From Octopus sinensis (Eukaryota): a DNA stretch of 64,000 bases. The position numbers and the translations under genes were made by a program. The stretch is taken from the NCBI RefSeq assembly GCF_006345805.1, contig NC_043006.1:82956001-83020000 (forward strand), given 5' to 3'. Below the pieces are notes generated by a model that did not search any database, was not told where the DNA came from, and saw only the letters and a list, made by a program, of their open reading frames with translations. Positions 53,684 through 64,000 of this stretch are shown here, one piece after another. Position 1 is the first letter of the stretch, and each line of letters opens with the position of its first letter.

Positions 53684-54095
53684 GTGTATGTATGTATGTA
53701 TGTATGTATGTATGTATGTATGTATGTATGTATGTATGTATGTATGTATGTATGTATGTATGTATGTATGTATGTATGTATGTGTGTATGTATGTATGTA
53801 TGTATGTATGTATGAATGTATGTATGTATGTGTGTATGTATGTATGTATGTATGTATGTATGTATGTATGTATGTATGTATGAATGTATGTATGTATGTA
53901 TGTATGTATGTATGTATGTATGTGTGTATGTATGTATGTATGTATGTATGTATGTATGTATGTATGTATGTATGTATGTATGTATGAATGTATGTATGTA
54001 TGTATGTATGTATGTATGTATGTATGTATGTGTGTATGTGTGTATGTATGTATGTATGTATGTATGTATGTATGTATGTATGTATGTATGTATGA
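53684..54095. repeat. Long (TATG)n microsatellite
   Basis: About 400 nt of tatg units with occasional variants. Confidence 0.95.
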
Positions 54096-54266
54096 GCGTA
54101 TGAATCTTTGTGTTTGTGATTCTCTCCTCCACCACTACTGCTTGTCAGTCGATGTTACGTCCCTGTAACTTAGCGGTTCAGCAAAACAGACGATTAGAAT
54201 AAATATTGGAATTGGTTTGTTGAACTGATCCTTCAAGGTGATATTCCAGCATAACCGTTCAATGAC

Positions 54267-54355
<89 letters not shown>

Positions 54356-54356
54356 G

Positions 54357-54426
<70 letters not shown>

Positions 54427-54440
54427 TATAGATAGATAGG

Positions 54441-54530
<90 letters not shown>

Positions 54531-54531
<1 letters not shown>

Positions 54532-56484
54532 GTTTCTTTATTGGCCACACAGGGCTGCACACAGATGGGACAAGTTACAAGGTAGAGCTTTTCTTTTGGG
54601 GGAGAAAAAAAAAGATGGTGTCGGTTTTCGATCAAAAGTGATCGTAAAAGGGAAAAAAGAACAAAAAAAAAGAAAAAAGAAAAAAAAAGGAAAAAGGATC
54701 AAAAGAAACGAAAAATGAAAAAAGAAGACAAAAGAGGAAAAAAGGGGAAGAGGAAAAAAATTATCAATAGGGATCGTGTATCACAGTGTCATGATGTATG
54801 GTGTAAAGGGGGAAGCAAGTAAGGTTTATCCGTGGGAAGAAAAGCCTACGAAAAAGACCACGGTAACCTTGGTCAATATTGTTATATGTTACCACATTTG
54901 TTTCCGAGTGGGTAACCCTCTGTTTTCAATTTCTGGGTTCATAGGATTATGCTCAAGGTGGCTTCGTCATTCATACGTGCCATCCTTGCTACATTCACCC
55001 ATCTTTTTTTAAAACGTTCGCTAGACAAAACTTGCCTCTCTACTCTCACTTTCCTTTTCAAGTGGTACTTGAAGAAGTTGATGAGAGATTGACCAGAGAG
55101 GAAAGTGTCTGTCTCCAATCCTTTCAGACGCGTCCACCAGATACATTCTTTCGCCATAGCCACAAGGATGATGAAAATAGCTCTTCCTTCCCGTTTGAAG
55201 GAAAGAGGCGTGACAATATTGACGATAGACTCAGCTGATAAACCGACTCGTCCCACACGTGACAGCAGTTGTTCGACATAAGCCCACAGGTCGGAAATTG
55301 TTTGACACTGCACGAGTACGTGCAGAACGGTTTCGTCGCTCTGACCGCATCTCGGGCAGGTCGGCCCCGTGTTTCTCGAGCCGTGTCTGTGGAGCTTATC
55401 CCGAACGGGTAGCGCTTCTCGGTAGCACTGCCAGGCCAGGGATCTCTGGAAGTTGTCCATGGGCCCTGGCCCGAAAGTCGTCCCGAACAGGCGGGTCAGG
55501 TATTCCTCGTCGACGTCCAGGTTCGCCCGGAGCTCGTCGTCGTACCTCCCCTCCACTAATCCCCTATAGAATGCTTTGGTTGTGATGGAGTCACTCAAGG
55601 TTGACCCAGGACGACAGAGTTGCTTGAGAGCAACGCGACACTCGCGGTGCCATTCGCCCTTCCTTGGCCTCTTTTTGATCCACGATTGCAGTTCGGTCAT
55701 GGAGACTAGCTGCGGGAAAGCGTGCCTCACAAACGGCGACCACACCTGTTCACCGTCGTCTACGAAGAGCCTGAGATGTCGCAGTCTCAGCGCGTGTCTG
55801 CGCATCATCAACCACGGCATGCCCAGTCCTCCTTTTAACGGGTGTTGACAGCAAATGGATCGCCTGACCATCGGGACGCATCCTTTCCACAAGAAGCGAA
55901 AGAGAATGCGTTCTAGTTTGGTAATGGTAGGGTCGGGACAAGGCACGACGGTCAGGCGGTAGTAGATGACAGACGCGATGTACGTGTTCGCCACCTTCGC
56001 CCGACCTTTTAGGGACAGTTTCCTCTCAGCCCATTGCCGGGCGAGAGTGACAACTCTACTCGTTATCTCGTTCCAGTTCTTCTCCATTTGGAGGTCCGGA
56101 CCGAACCAGACCCCGAGCAACTCGACCGGACCGACGGTCCAGCGTCCCGCAACGGAGGCGCTGGTGGACGGCATGGGCTTGCTTCTCCAGGTGCCTAGTT
56201 GCAAGCCCACTGACTTTTCCCGGTTGATTTTCGCTCCTGGCACCGCTTCGTAGTTTTTCAGTGTCTCGCCGACCTGCTCGATGTGCTCGTGGCTAGACAC
56301 TATGACAGTGACGTCGTCCGCGTATGCAGACACGCTCGTCCCACATCCCAGTTCTCGCGGGATGCCCCTCAGAGTTGCCTGCTTCCGCAATAATGGCTCG
56401 AGAGTGAATACGTATAGAAGCGACGAGAGGGGGCATCCCTGACAGACCGAACGTGCGATGTCGAAAGGTCTCGATAGATGTCCA
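54531..56484 (-). mobile_element. 5'-truncated Tx1/L1-type non-LTR retrotransposon with (TATC)n tail
   Basis: Uninterrupted ORF2 C-terminal half, then a ~400-nt 3' UTR with pyrimidine tract and AATAAA, then (TATC)n. GATA/GCTA repeats also lie at the 5' junction. Confidence 0.9.
54939..56483 (-). CDS. LINE ORF2 C-terminal part: RT motifs plus C-terminal zinc-binding domain (5'-truncated, no start codon)
   Basis: In-frame upstream extension SVCQGCPLSSLLYVFTLEPL, then YADD, GAKINREKS, LGVWF, LSLKGRAKVANTYIASVIYY, HPLKGGLG and CPRC..ETVLHVLVQC (CCHC). No stops. Confidence 0.9.
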   Translation of the reverse strand, partial: GHLSRPFDIARSVCQGCPLSSLLYVFTLEPLLRKQATLRGIPRELGCGTSVSAYADDVTVIVSSHEHIEQVGETLKNYEAVPGAKINREKSVGLQLGTWRSKPMPSTSASVAGRWTVGPVELLGVWFGPDLQMEKNWNEITSRVVTLARQWAERKLSLKGRAKVANTYIASVIYYRLTVVPCPDPTITKLERILFRFLWKGCVPMVRRSICCQHPLKGGLGMPWLMMRRHALRLRHLRLFVDDGEQVWSPFVRHAFPQLVSMTELQSWIKKRPRKGEWHRECRVALKQLCRPGSTLSDSITTKAFYRGLVEGRYDDELRANLDVDEEYLTRLFGTTFGPGPMDNFQRSLAWQCYREALPVRDKLHRHGSRNTGPTCPRCGQSDETVLHVLVQCQTISDLWAYVEQLLSRVGRVGLSAESIVNIVTPLSFKREGRAIFIILVAMAKECIWWTRLKGLETDTFLSGQSLINFFKYHLKRKVRVERQVLSSERFKKRWVNVARMARMNDEATLSIIL

Positions 56485-56526
56485 AGTAGATAGCTAGCTA
56501 GCTAGATAGCTAGCTAGCTAGCTAGC

Positions 56527-56621
<95 letters not shown>

Positions 56622-57157
56622 GTATGTATATGTACATACACACACACACACACATAGCCCAATATTGCTTTGTGTAGCCCGATCTACTGTTTATAGGTCG
56701 TGTCACCTATGCGAAAGAGTGCGTATCTGTGTGCGTATCTGTGTGTGTGTGAGCGCGCGTGTCTGTGTGCTGAGAAGAAATAGACTCAAATAGATGACTA
56801 AATGAGGCATAAACTTTTTGTCCGTGACTTCTTGTATCAATATTCCATCGAACTCTTTGGAATTTTCTATAAATTTCAATTATCCTACACTTGCAGTCGA
56901 GCAGAAAGAAGAAACAGTGTATATACATGTCATTTTTTCTCATACATATATGTGTGTTTATGTATGAATCTATGTATGTATTTACGGACGTGTGTATGTG
57001 TGTATGTATGTATGTCTTTATGTAGGATTTACATATGCATATGTGTATATGTGAAAGTAATAATACAGATATACATGTACAGATATACATGTATCTGTGT
57101 GTGAGCGTATACATATTTATAAACACATATAGACACGCACACACACATATATGTATA

Positions 57158-57190
<33 letters not shown>

Positions 57191-57194
<4 letters not shown>

Positions 57195-57400
57195 AGGCGC
57201 GGGGCTTAGTGGTTAGGGTGTTGAACTCATGAACGTAAGGTGGTGGTTTCGATTCCTGGACTGGGAGATGCGTTGTGTTCTTGAGCAAAACACTTTATTT
57301 CACGTTGCTCCAGTCCACTCAGTTGGGGAACACATACGCCATTGAAACCAAGAAACCGGGCCCATGATCCTGGCTAGGCTTTAAAAAGGGCGCATTTATT
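57191..57400 (+). mobile_element. SINE family E variant
   Basis: gtggaggcgcggggcttagtggttaggg..ggtttcgattcc..tgtgttcttgagcaaaacactttatttcacgttgctcc. Confidence 0.7.
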
Positions 57401-57409
57401 TGTTATCTA

Positions 57410-57454
<45 letters not shown>

Positions 57455-57619
57455 TCATATATGAAGTCGAAATAGTCTGAAAAATTACCCGAGTTGTCTC
57501 CAGTACTTCATGAAATTATCAACGTGTTATTTATTCATTGGCTAATGTCGCTTTTTCATTTTCTTCGTCACATATTCATTTCTAATTAACTTTCTAATTC
57601 CCCTTAAATAAATTAACTA

Positions 57620-57965
57620 TAAGGCGCAGGTTCGGCTGTTTGGTTAAGAAGTTCACTTTGTGTCTTCGTGGTTTTTAAGTTCAATCCCACTGGGCAGCAC
57701 TTTCGGCAAGTGTCTCTCATTATATCCTTGGGCAGACCAACTCCTTTTGAGTGAATTTGGTCTATGGGAACTGTGTGCAAATCCATCGTATGTGTGTGTG
57801 TTAGTGTGTGCCTTCTTATTTGTGTTTTCCTTCCCATCGCTTAACAAGTGTTGGTTTGTTTACACCCCATGACTTAGTGGTTCGGCGAAAGATATCAGTA
57901 GAATAAGAATCAAACTTAACCCTTCTAGACTGTGCCCCCACCATAGCTGCAATTCAAGATAAAAC
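57620..57965 (+). mobile_element. SINE family A, old copy
   Basis: Diverged head, body and tail motifs. Confidence 0.6.
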
Positions 57966-57994
57966 AATTTAACGATCCGTTACATTGTCTTCAT

Positions 57995-58230
57995 TGTAGT
58001 TGTAGATGTTAATGGTACTGGTTAACCCCTGATCAATCTTAATAAAGGAAGCCTATGATCAATGACGTTCCTCCCTTGACCATCCTCATTTTTTATTATA
58101 CAAACCGTATTTCTAGAAATGCATTAGCTAACACGTCCAGTCACTTATTTTTTTATAGGTGATACGTAATATTTAGAGGGAATGTGTTTGCTATTTCTAG
58201 CAGGTCAAGCAATCGCAAATAGGCTACCTG
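57995..58230 (+). repeat. Interspersed repeat family D (related pieces at ~5190-5290, 12020-12085, 22780-22960(-), 25350-25600(-), 62855-63010, 63375-63570)
   Basis: Shared motifs cctatgatcaa..ttcc..tgaccatc and gctatttctagcagg. Probably a LINE/SINE 3' tail. Confidence 0.5.
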
Positions 58231-59468
58231 GTTAGTTTGTACGTTTGTGTGTGTGTGTGTGTGTCTGTGTCTGTGTGCGTGTTTGTGTGTGTGTGTGCGT
58301 GCGTGTGCGTGCGCGCGCGAGAGAGAGAAAGAGAGAGAGAGAGAACTGGAGAGAATGCGAGAGACAAAGAGACAGACAGACAGAGAGGAAGAGAGGAGAA
58401 TGAGAATGAGAGTGAGAGAGAGAGCAGGAGAGTGAGAGAGAGAAGGAGAGAGATAGATAGAGGCAGAGAGACGTATTTGTGTGTCGACTTTGGAAGCACA
58501 ACCGCTGGCTTCTCGATTACGTCGATATACTAATTGTGCTCGGCTTAGTTCGGAGGTTTTCGCTTATATTCGATTCTGTTCGGGTTTGTTCGGTTGCATT
58601 CATCATCTAATATAAGTTTATTCTTCTCTTGCTATCGTGTGGCTGGAGCGATAAATTCATAAACTGTTCAAAAATATATTGATTGATAAGCTTAGCATCA
58701 AAAAGGATTTTGGTGAATGAGAAGTGAACGTCCTTAATACGAAAAGTACCCTGCAGACAGATTCCTTCGTGATAAAGTCAGCTTATGCTCCACTTTCCTC
58801 CGTTTCAGCTATTCTGATGCATAATCAATGATCTGCTCCAGTTGTAACTCAGTGAAACTGCAAATCTTGACTCTTCGTAGCTCTTCTCTTCATTCATGTT
58901 GAAATGTGTTTGTATCTTTGTTTGTATCTCTGTTGTATACGTATTCGTTTATTCGTTTATATAGAATTATGGATTATGTATTATATGTAATATAGACACA
59001 TGCGCATACGCATGCATACGTACGCATGCTAGCAAATATACATCGACACACATACACGTTTACATACATATTAGTATACATGAATGCAGACGCCTCTATA
59101 TTTATATAGGAATACATGCATATACGTGTAAGTGTGCACATATGTGTGTGTATTTGCATGTGTCTGTGTTTGTGACTGTATGTATGTGTGTGAAGATATA
59201 TATATATACACACATATATATACATATATATATATATATATGCACATACATATATACACATATATTCTTATATATATACATACATGCAGACATATGCCTA
59301 TGTATGTGTGTGGACGTGTGTGTACATATGCATATGTATATATGCACACACACGCATATACTATATATATATATGGTTTAAATTGATAACATGAATGCAC
59401 ATGCGTGAGCAATGCACACAGGCATTGCAGTTGTTGTTATTGTTATTACTATTATTATTATTATCATG

Positions 59469-59509
<41 letters not shown>

Positions 59510-59822
59510 CATTATTATTATTATTATTATTATTATTACTTCTATATGTTGCTGGAATGTGTGCACACCTCTTCGAAAATGATGGTACGGTCTGCTTATA
59601 TATTCCGTTAGTATATGCATTTGCTTACACATATATTCATTTATGTTTGGACGTATCAATTTACGCTGCTATAAAATATTCTTTTTGATGCGTACACTCT
59701 TGTGTAATATACATGTGCGTGGTGCGTGTGTGTATGTGTACACATATATGTGCATATACACAACCTAATTATGTATAAATGTGTTTATATATATACGTCT
59801 GTATATGTATATTATGCATATC

Positions 59823-59883
<61 letters not shown>

Positions 59884-60716
59884 ATATATATATAAATATG
59901 TATGTATGTGTATGTGTGTGCGTGTATAAAATTTTGTGCACATGTGTGTGTCTGCGTGAGATTCTTTGAGATTGTATGTTTGTATAGGTATGCAAGACTT
60001 TGCTATTATGCGCGTGTATATATATATATATGCGTGTCTACTCTAGGAAATTTTCTTTCATTTTGTTTTAAATATATAAGATCAAAGGTAAGTAACAAAC
60101 CCCATTAACATCGATAGGGGCACCACTGAAGGTTTCGTGTTGTCTATCAAGATCAAATTGTCTGACAACTTCCTCGTAATCCATATCTCTCTAGATTACA
60201 TTCCCACAAAAGGTGTTGAACTCAGCACTGCAAACCAACGGAACATCCACGTGTTTCTTAGAGCCGTCAGTAGTTTCAGCAATGTTGTTTGAAAATTGCG
60301 GTATTAGTTCGTGCTTACGACAGACTGGCCTGCAGACACAATATAACACCAGTGACAGGTTGGATTCACACCAACAGCCCTTCAATTGGTTTCCCGACAC
60401 CAGACATGTAGTAACTCAGTCATACGCATTTCTCGTTTCATTTCGGTATTAGCAGAATTACTACACCTTCGGACAAAACGCTTTGCAATCTTGACGTACC
60501 TGTTAACGAAGACTTCGCCTGGCAAATTATTTTATTTGCTAAAAAATGTCAGAAACCATGGTCCAGGAAATAGATGGTAAATGTTTTTATTTTTCATCCC
60601 CTTCGAGAATTTATCCCTAATTAGTTGTTTGGACTTTAGCTGTTCCTTCTAGCGTAAGGGAGTCCTATGATGGATACCTCTTAATATGTATAAATGTACA
60701 CTGTATTTCATTTATA

Positions 60717-61170
60717 TCTATATATATAAAACTGAGAATGTGTGTGTGTCTGTCTGTCTGTCTGTGTGTTTCCCTAAAACTTGAGAACTACACAACCAAT
60801 TTCATTCAAATTTTACACATGCCTTACTTAAGGTCCGGGGAATGTCATCGGCAAAAAATCTTAACTTTTTCCCTAGGGCGACCCCACAGCAATTTCATAT
60901 CTTCTCCACTATTTCAGTATTACGTGTTAAAAATTCTTTGAAAAATTTTTTGAAAATTTTCCTCAAAAGTTTTTGAAAAAATTTTGAAATTTTCACTAAA
61001 AATTTTTGGAAGATTTTCCCCAAAATTTTTGAAAAAGTTTTTTTAAATTTTCCCAAAAATTTTAGAAAAATTTTTTGAAAATTTTCCCCCAAAATTTTTG
61101 CAAAATTATTTGAAAATTTTCCTCAAAAATTCTTGAAAAATTATTTGAAGATTTTCCCTAAAATTTTGGC
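60717..61170 (+). mobile_element. Helitron-like 5' segment followed by an AT-rich minisatellite (60928-61168)
   Basis: A|TCtatatatataaaactgagaatg..(ctgt)n, same family as 13262-13460, followed by tandem aaattttccccaaaatttttgaaaa-type units. Confidence 0.6.
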
Positions 61171-61234
61171 GCAAAACAAAACCAGTTGCACAGTCAGAGT
61201 TTAACGTGACAGTTATGGATTATTACCCGGTAGG

Positions 61235-61289
61235 CCACACTGACGAGGTTCAGGGTTTAAATACCCAAAAGCCGAAACCTGGTTTGTGG
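61235..61289 (+). ncRNA. Type I hammerhead ribozyme motif
   Basis: ccaca CTGACGA ggtt-ca-gggt-ttaaat-accc-aaa-agcc GAAA cctgg TT tgtgg. 5-bp helix I, two-part helix II, near-palindromic ACCTGGT, GUU site. Confidence 0.7.
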
Positions 61290-61699
61290 ATATCCCTAAT
61301 TGCATAATATTTGTGCTGTAAATATTTTTATCCTTTCTGTTTTCCTTGCATACTGTTTTTCTCTGTTATCTTGGTGCGGTACGAGGTATAAATTTAAGAC
61401 TTTAGCTCTTATTTCTAGCAGGTGGATGCTTGTTAAGCATCCTTACGCTACGTAAAAAATTATAATTCATAGCTATTTAATGCTATTGCACCTGCGATCC
61501 ACCTATGTCACCGCTGTTGATATCATCAATTTTAAAATTTATCCACAGATGATGTGAACAGTAGTGATATCTCATTTCAAATCTCGATGTTTGAATGTTT
61601 TGCGTACATATATATATATATATATTGGAAAATTATATATTTCCTCATTGAGAATAATTTGAACCCCTGTTATGCCGGAATTTTTATTCCCTAACGAAT

Positions 61700-61727
<28 letters not shown>

Positions 61728-61730
<3 letters not shown>

Positions 61731-62125
61731 GTAAAAAGCTTGCTTTGCAACTACGTGATTCCGGGTTCAGTCCCACTGGGCGGAACCTTAGGAAAGTGTC
61801 TTCTACTATAGCATCGAGCCGAAACTGAAAGAAGCCCGTCGTATGTATATATATGTATAATGTGTGTGTGAGTGTGTGCGTGTGTCTTAGTTTGTGTTTG
61901 CGCACCAAAACCAGTATTGGTGTGTTTTTACCTCACCACTGATTGACTATCGGTACTGGTGTGCTTCCCTTTCCCCTAGCCTAACGGGTCGCCAAAAGAG
62001 ACCGATAGAATAAGTAGCAGGTTTTAATAAAGAAATACTGGGTCGATTCATTCGACTAAAAACTTCAAAGCGATGCCCCAGCAGGACTGCAGTCTAATGA
62101 CTGAAAGAAGTAAAAGATAAAATAA
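61728..62125 (+). mobile_element. SINE family A with internal deletion
   Basis: ttccgggttcagtcccactg..aagtgtcttctactatagc..gaaactgaaagaagcccgtcg..gagaccgatagaataagt..aatgactgaaa. Confidence 0.8.
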
Positions 62126-62126
62126 G

Positions 62127-62209
<83 letters not shown>

Positions 62210-62583
62210 TTAAATAAATAGATAGATAGATAAAATGGTGGTCGTAGATGGAAGTCCTTCGATCAGAGTTCTGTTCCATTAAAATCTGTTCAAAAGCTAG
62301 ACATTAGCAACAACGACAACAACGACAACAAAACCATGATTAGTAATCTAGAGTGGCATTCTGCTTATTATGATTTGTGTCCGATATTACGCTTTCGATA
62401 TCCTTAACTGTAGAACAAACTAAAGACAAAAGCGATATCATCGACCTGATGATTCCTTCTGTTTGTCTATTTGTTAATCTTTTTTCCTTTTATGACATCA
62501 TTATAGTTAATGAAATATTTTGAAGTATCATGTTTTAAACAACCTCGACTCTGGAAATAGAAGACATAATCGATATCTTAAAC

Positions 62584-62664
<81 letters not shown>

Positions 62665-63580
62665 TTAAGATAAACTTCCCTCTTGCATGATAACTTTATA
62701 AAAAAAACATTACGAACAAACAAAAAATAAATCAATATCTTAAAGCTATTGATTTTATTTTCTATTTTGTTTTACAGTTAAGGTTATTTAAAGTGTAACC
62801 CTGATCGCATACCGTTACAAGCAACATAATAATTAGTTGTTAATTAGTATTATGATGTTGTTGATGCTGTTATGTAGTCCCAGCTCAGTTCGAATTGAAC
62901 AGATTTCACATCAAAGGAATTTTCTATCCGTGACCACCATCATCCCTTTTCCGGTGGGGGAGTCTGTTTTGTTTTATACTAATGGCAACATTGTCCAATG
63001 CATTTTGTCCTAAATATCAAAGTAGAAACCTGAAATTTCCATAGGTCCCGTTAATGTATACTGTGAAGTAATCAGCTCTATTGATTTTATTAGAAGGGAA
63101 AAAGGGATATTATGACATCCATTTTCTTCGTAAGAGTACAAATTTGATAAGAGAAATAACCACACCTCCAAAAGAAAATATGGCGTCACCGATTCGAATG
63201 AGCGGAAGTTTAACACTAGGCCACCGCGCTTAGCGATGCGATGACAATTCGATAATGACAGCTAAAGAGTATTCTGTTATATTCCATTACGCGTTTCGCT
63301 CATTGTTTTGTGGTCATGCTGGAGCACTGCCTTCTCGTGTATAATCAACTACAGTTGTCCAGCACGTTGTTATTGTTTTCTTGTTGTTTAGCCCCAGGTC
63401 AGTGTTGATCAAATATATTCCAGCTGTAACTATCACGTTTCTCTTTCGTTTTTCAGTGTGTGGGGTTGGACGGGGTGGTGGTATCTAGGCCTACATTATC
63501 TAATGTGTCCCCCTCTATTCTTTTCTGAAGTTAAAGTATGATATGAGGGTATTTGGCTATTTCTAATAGTATCCACATAT

Positions 63581-63966
63581 GTGGAAGCACTCCGTCGGTT
63601 ACGACGACGAGGGTTCCGGTTGATCCGAATAAACGGAACAGCCTGCTCGTGAAATTAACGTGTAAGTGGCTGAGCACTCCACAGACACGTGTACCCTTAA
63701 CGTAGTTCTCGGGGAGATTCAGCGTGACACAGAGAGTGACAAGGCCGGCCCTTTGAAATACAGGTACAACAGAAACAGGAAGTAAGAGTGAGAGAAAGTT
63801 GTGGTGAAAGAGTACAGCAGGGATCACCACCATCCCCTGCCGGAGCCTCGTGGAGCTTTAGGTGTTTTCGCTCAATAAACACTCACAACGCCCGGTCTGG
63901 GAATCGAAACCGCGATCCTATGACCGCGAGCCCGCTGCCATAACCACTGGGCCATTGCGCCTCCAC
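63581..63966 (-). mobile_element. Complete tRNA-derived SINE family C with 10-bp target-site duplication (TSD)
   Basis: Head gtggaggcgcaatggcccagtggtta..ggtttcgattccc (A/B boxes). atccacatat is directly repeated at 63571-63580 and 63967-63976. Confidence 0.9.
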
Positions 63967-64000
63967 ATCCACATATAGGTTTCCTCTTGGCGTGGCACGC

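Noticed and set aside
60190-60580. Unique GC-richer stretch with short ORFs on both strands
   Set aside because: No recognisable protein similarity or consistent splice-site pair.
63880-63966. tRNA gene
   Set aside because: A/B boxes belong to a SINE head with a long body and a TSD, and no proper acceptor stem was seen. The same applies to the other SINE heads.

Overview
Eukaryotic, AT-rich, essentially non-genic window dominated by microsatellites ((TA)n, (CA)n, (TACA)n, (GATA)n, (TAA)n, ACC/ACT triplets) and transposon debris. It has one 100-N assembly gap (31600-31699). The repeat complement resembles octopus/cephalopod genomes, which is an inference from the SINE families and microsatellite load. 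Almost all ORFs in the supplied track are translated microsatellites. Recognisable elements: several decayed Tc1/mariner copies and a mariner MITE; three or four tRNA-derived SINE families in many copies; non-autonomous Helitron-like elements; relics of Penelope-like elements (PLE; RT and GIY-YIG) and of a CR1/Jockey-type RT; and a young 5'-truncated Tx1/L1-type LINE. Most notable: (1) about 8-10 type I hammerhead-ribozyme motifs from several unrelated short non-coding repeat families, mostly embedded in (TA)n. These include a canonical one inside a 580-nt tandem/circularly permuted unit with an inverted arm (retrozyme/PLE-like), and a family whose core carries a compensatory U3-A8 pair in place of C3-G8. 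(2) The Tx1-like LINE appears to insert specifically into (GATA)n microsatellites (3 of 3 copies). All calls come from reading the sequence by eye. Repeat boundaries are approximate and no database search or folding program was run.
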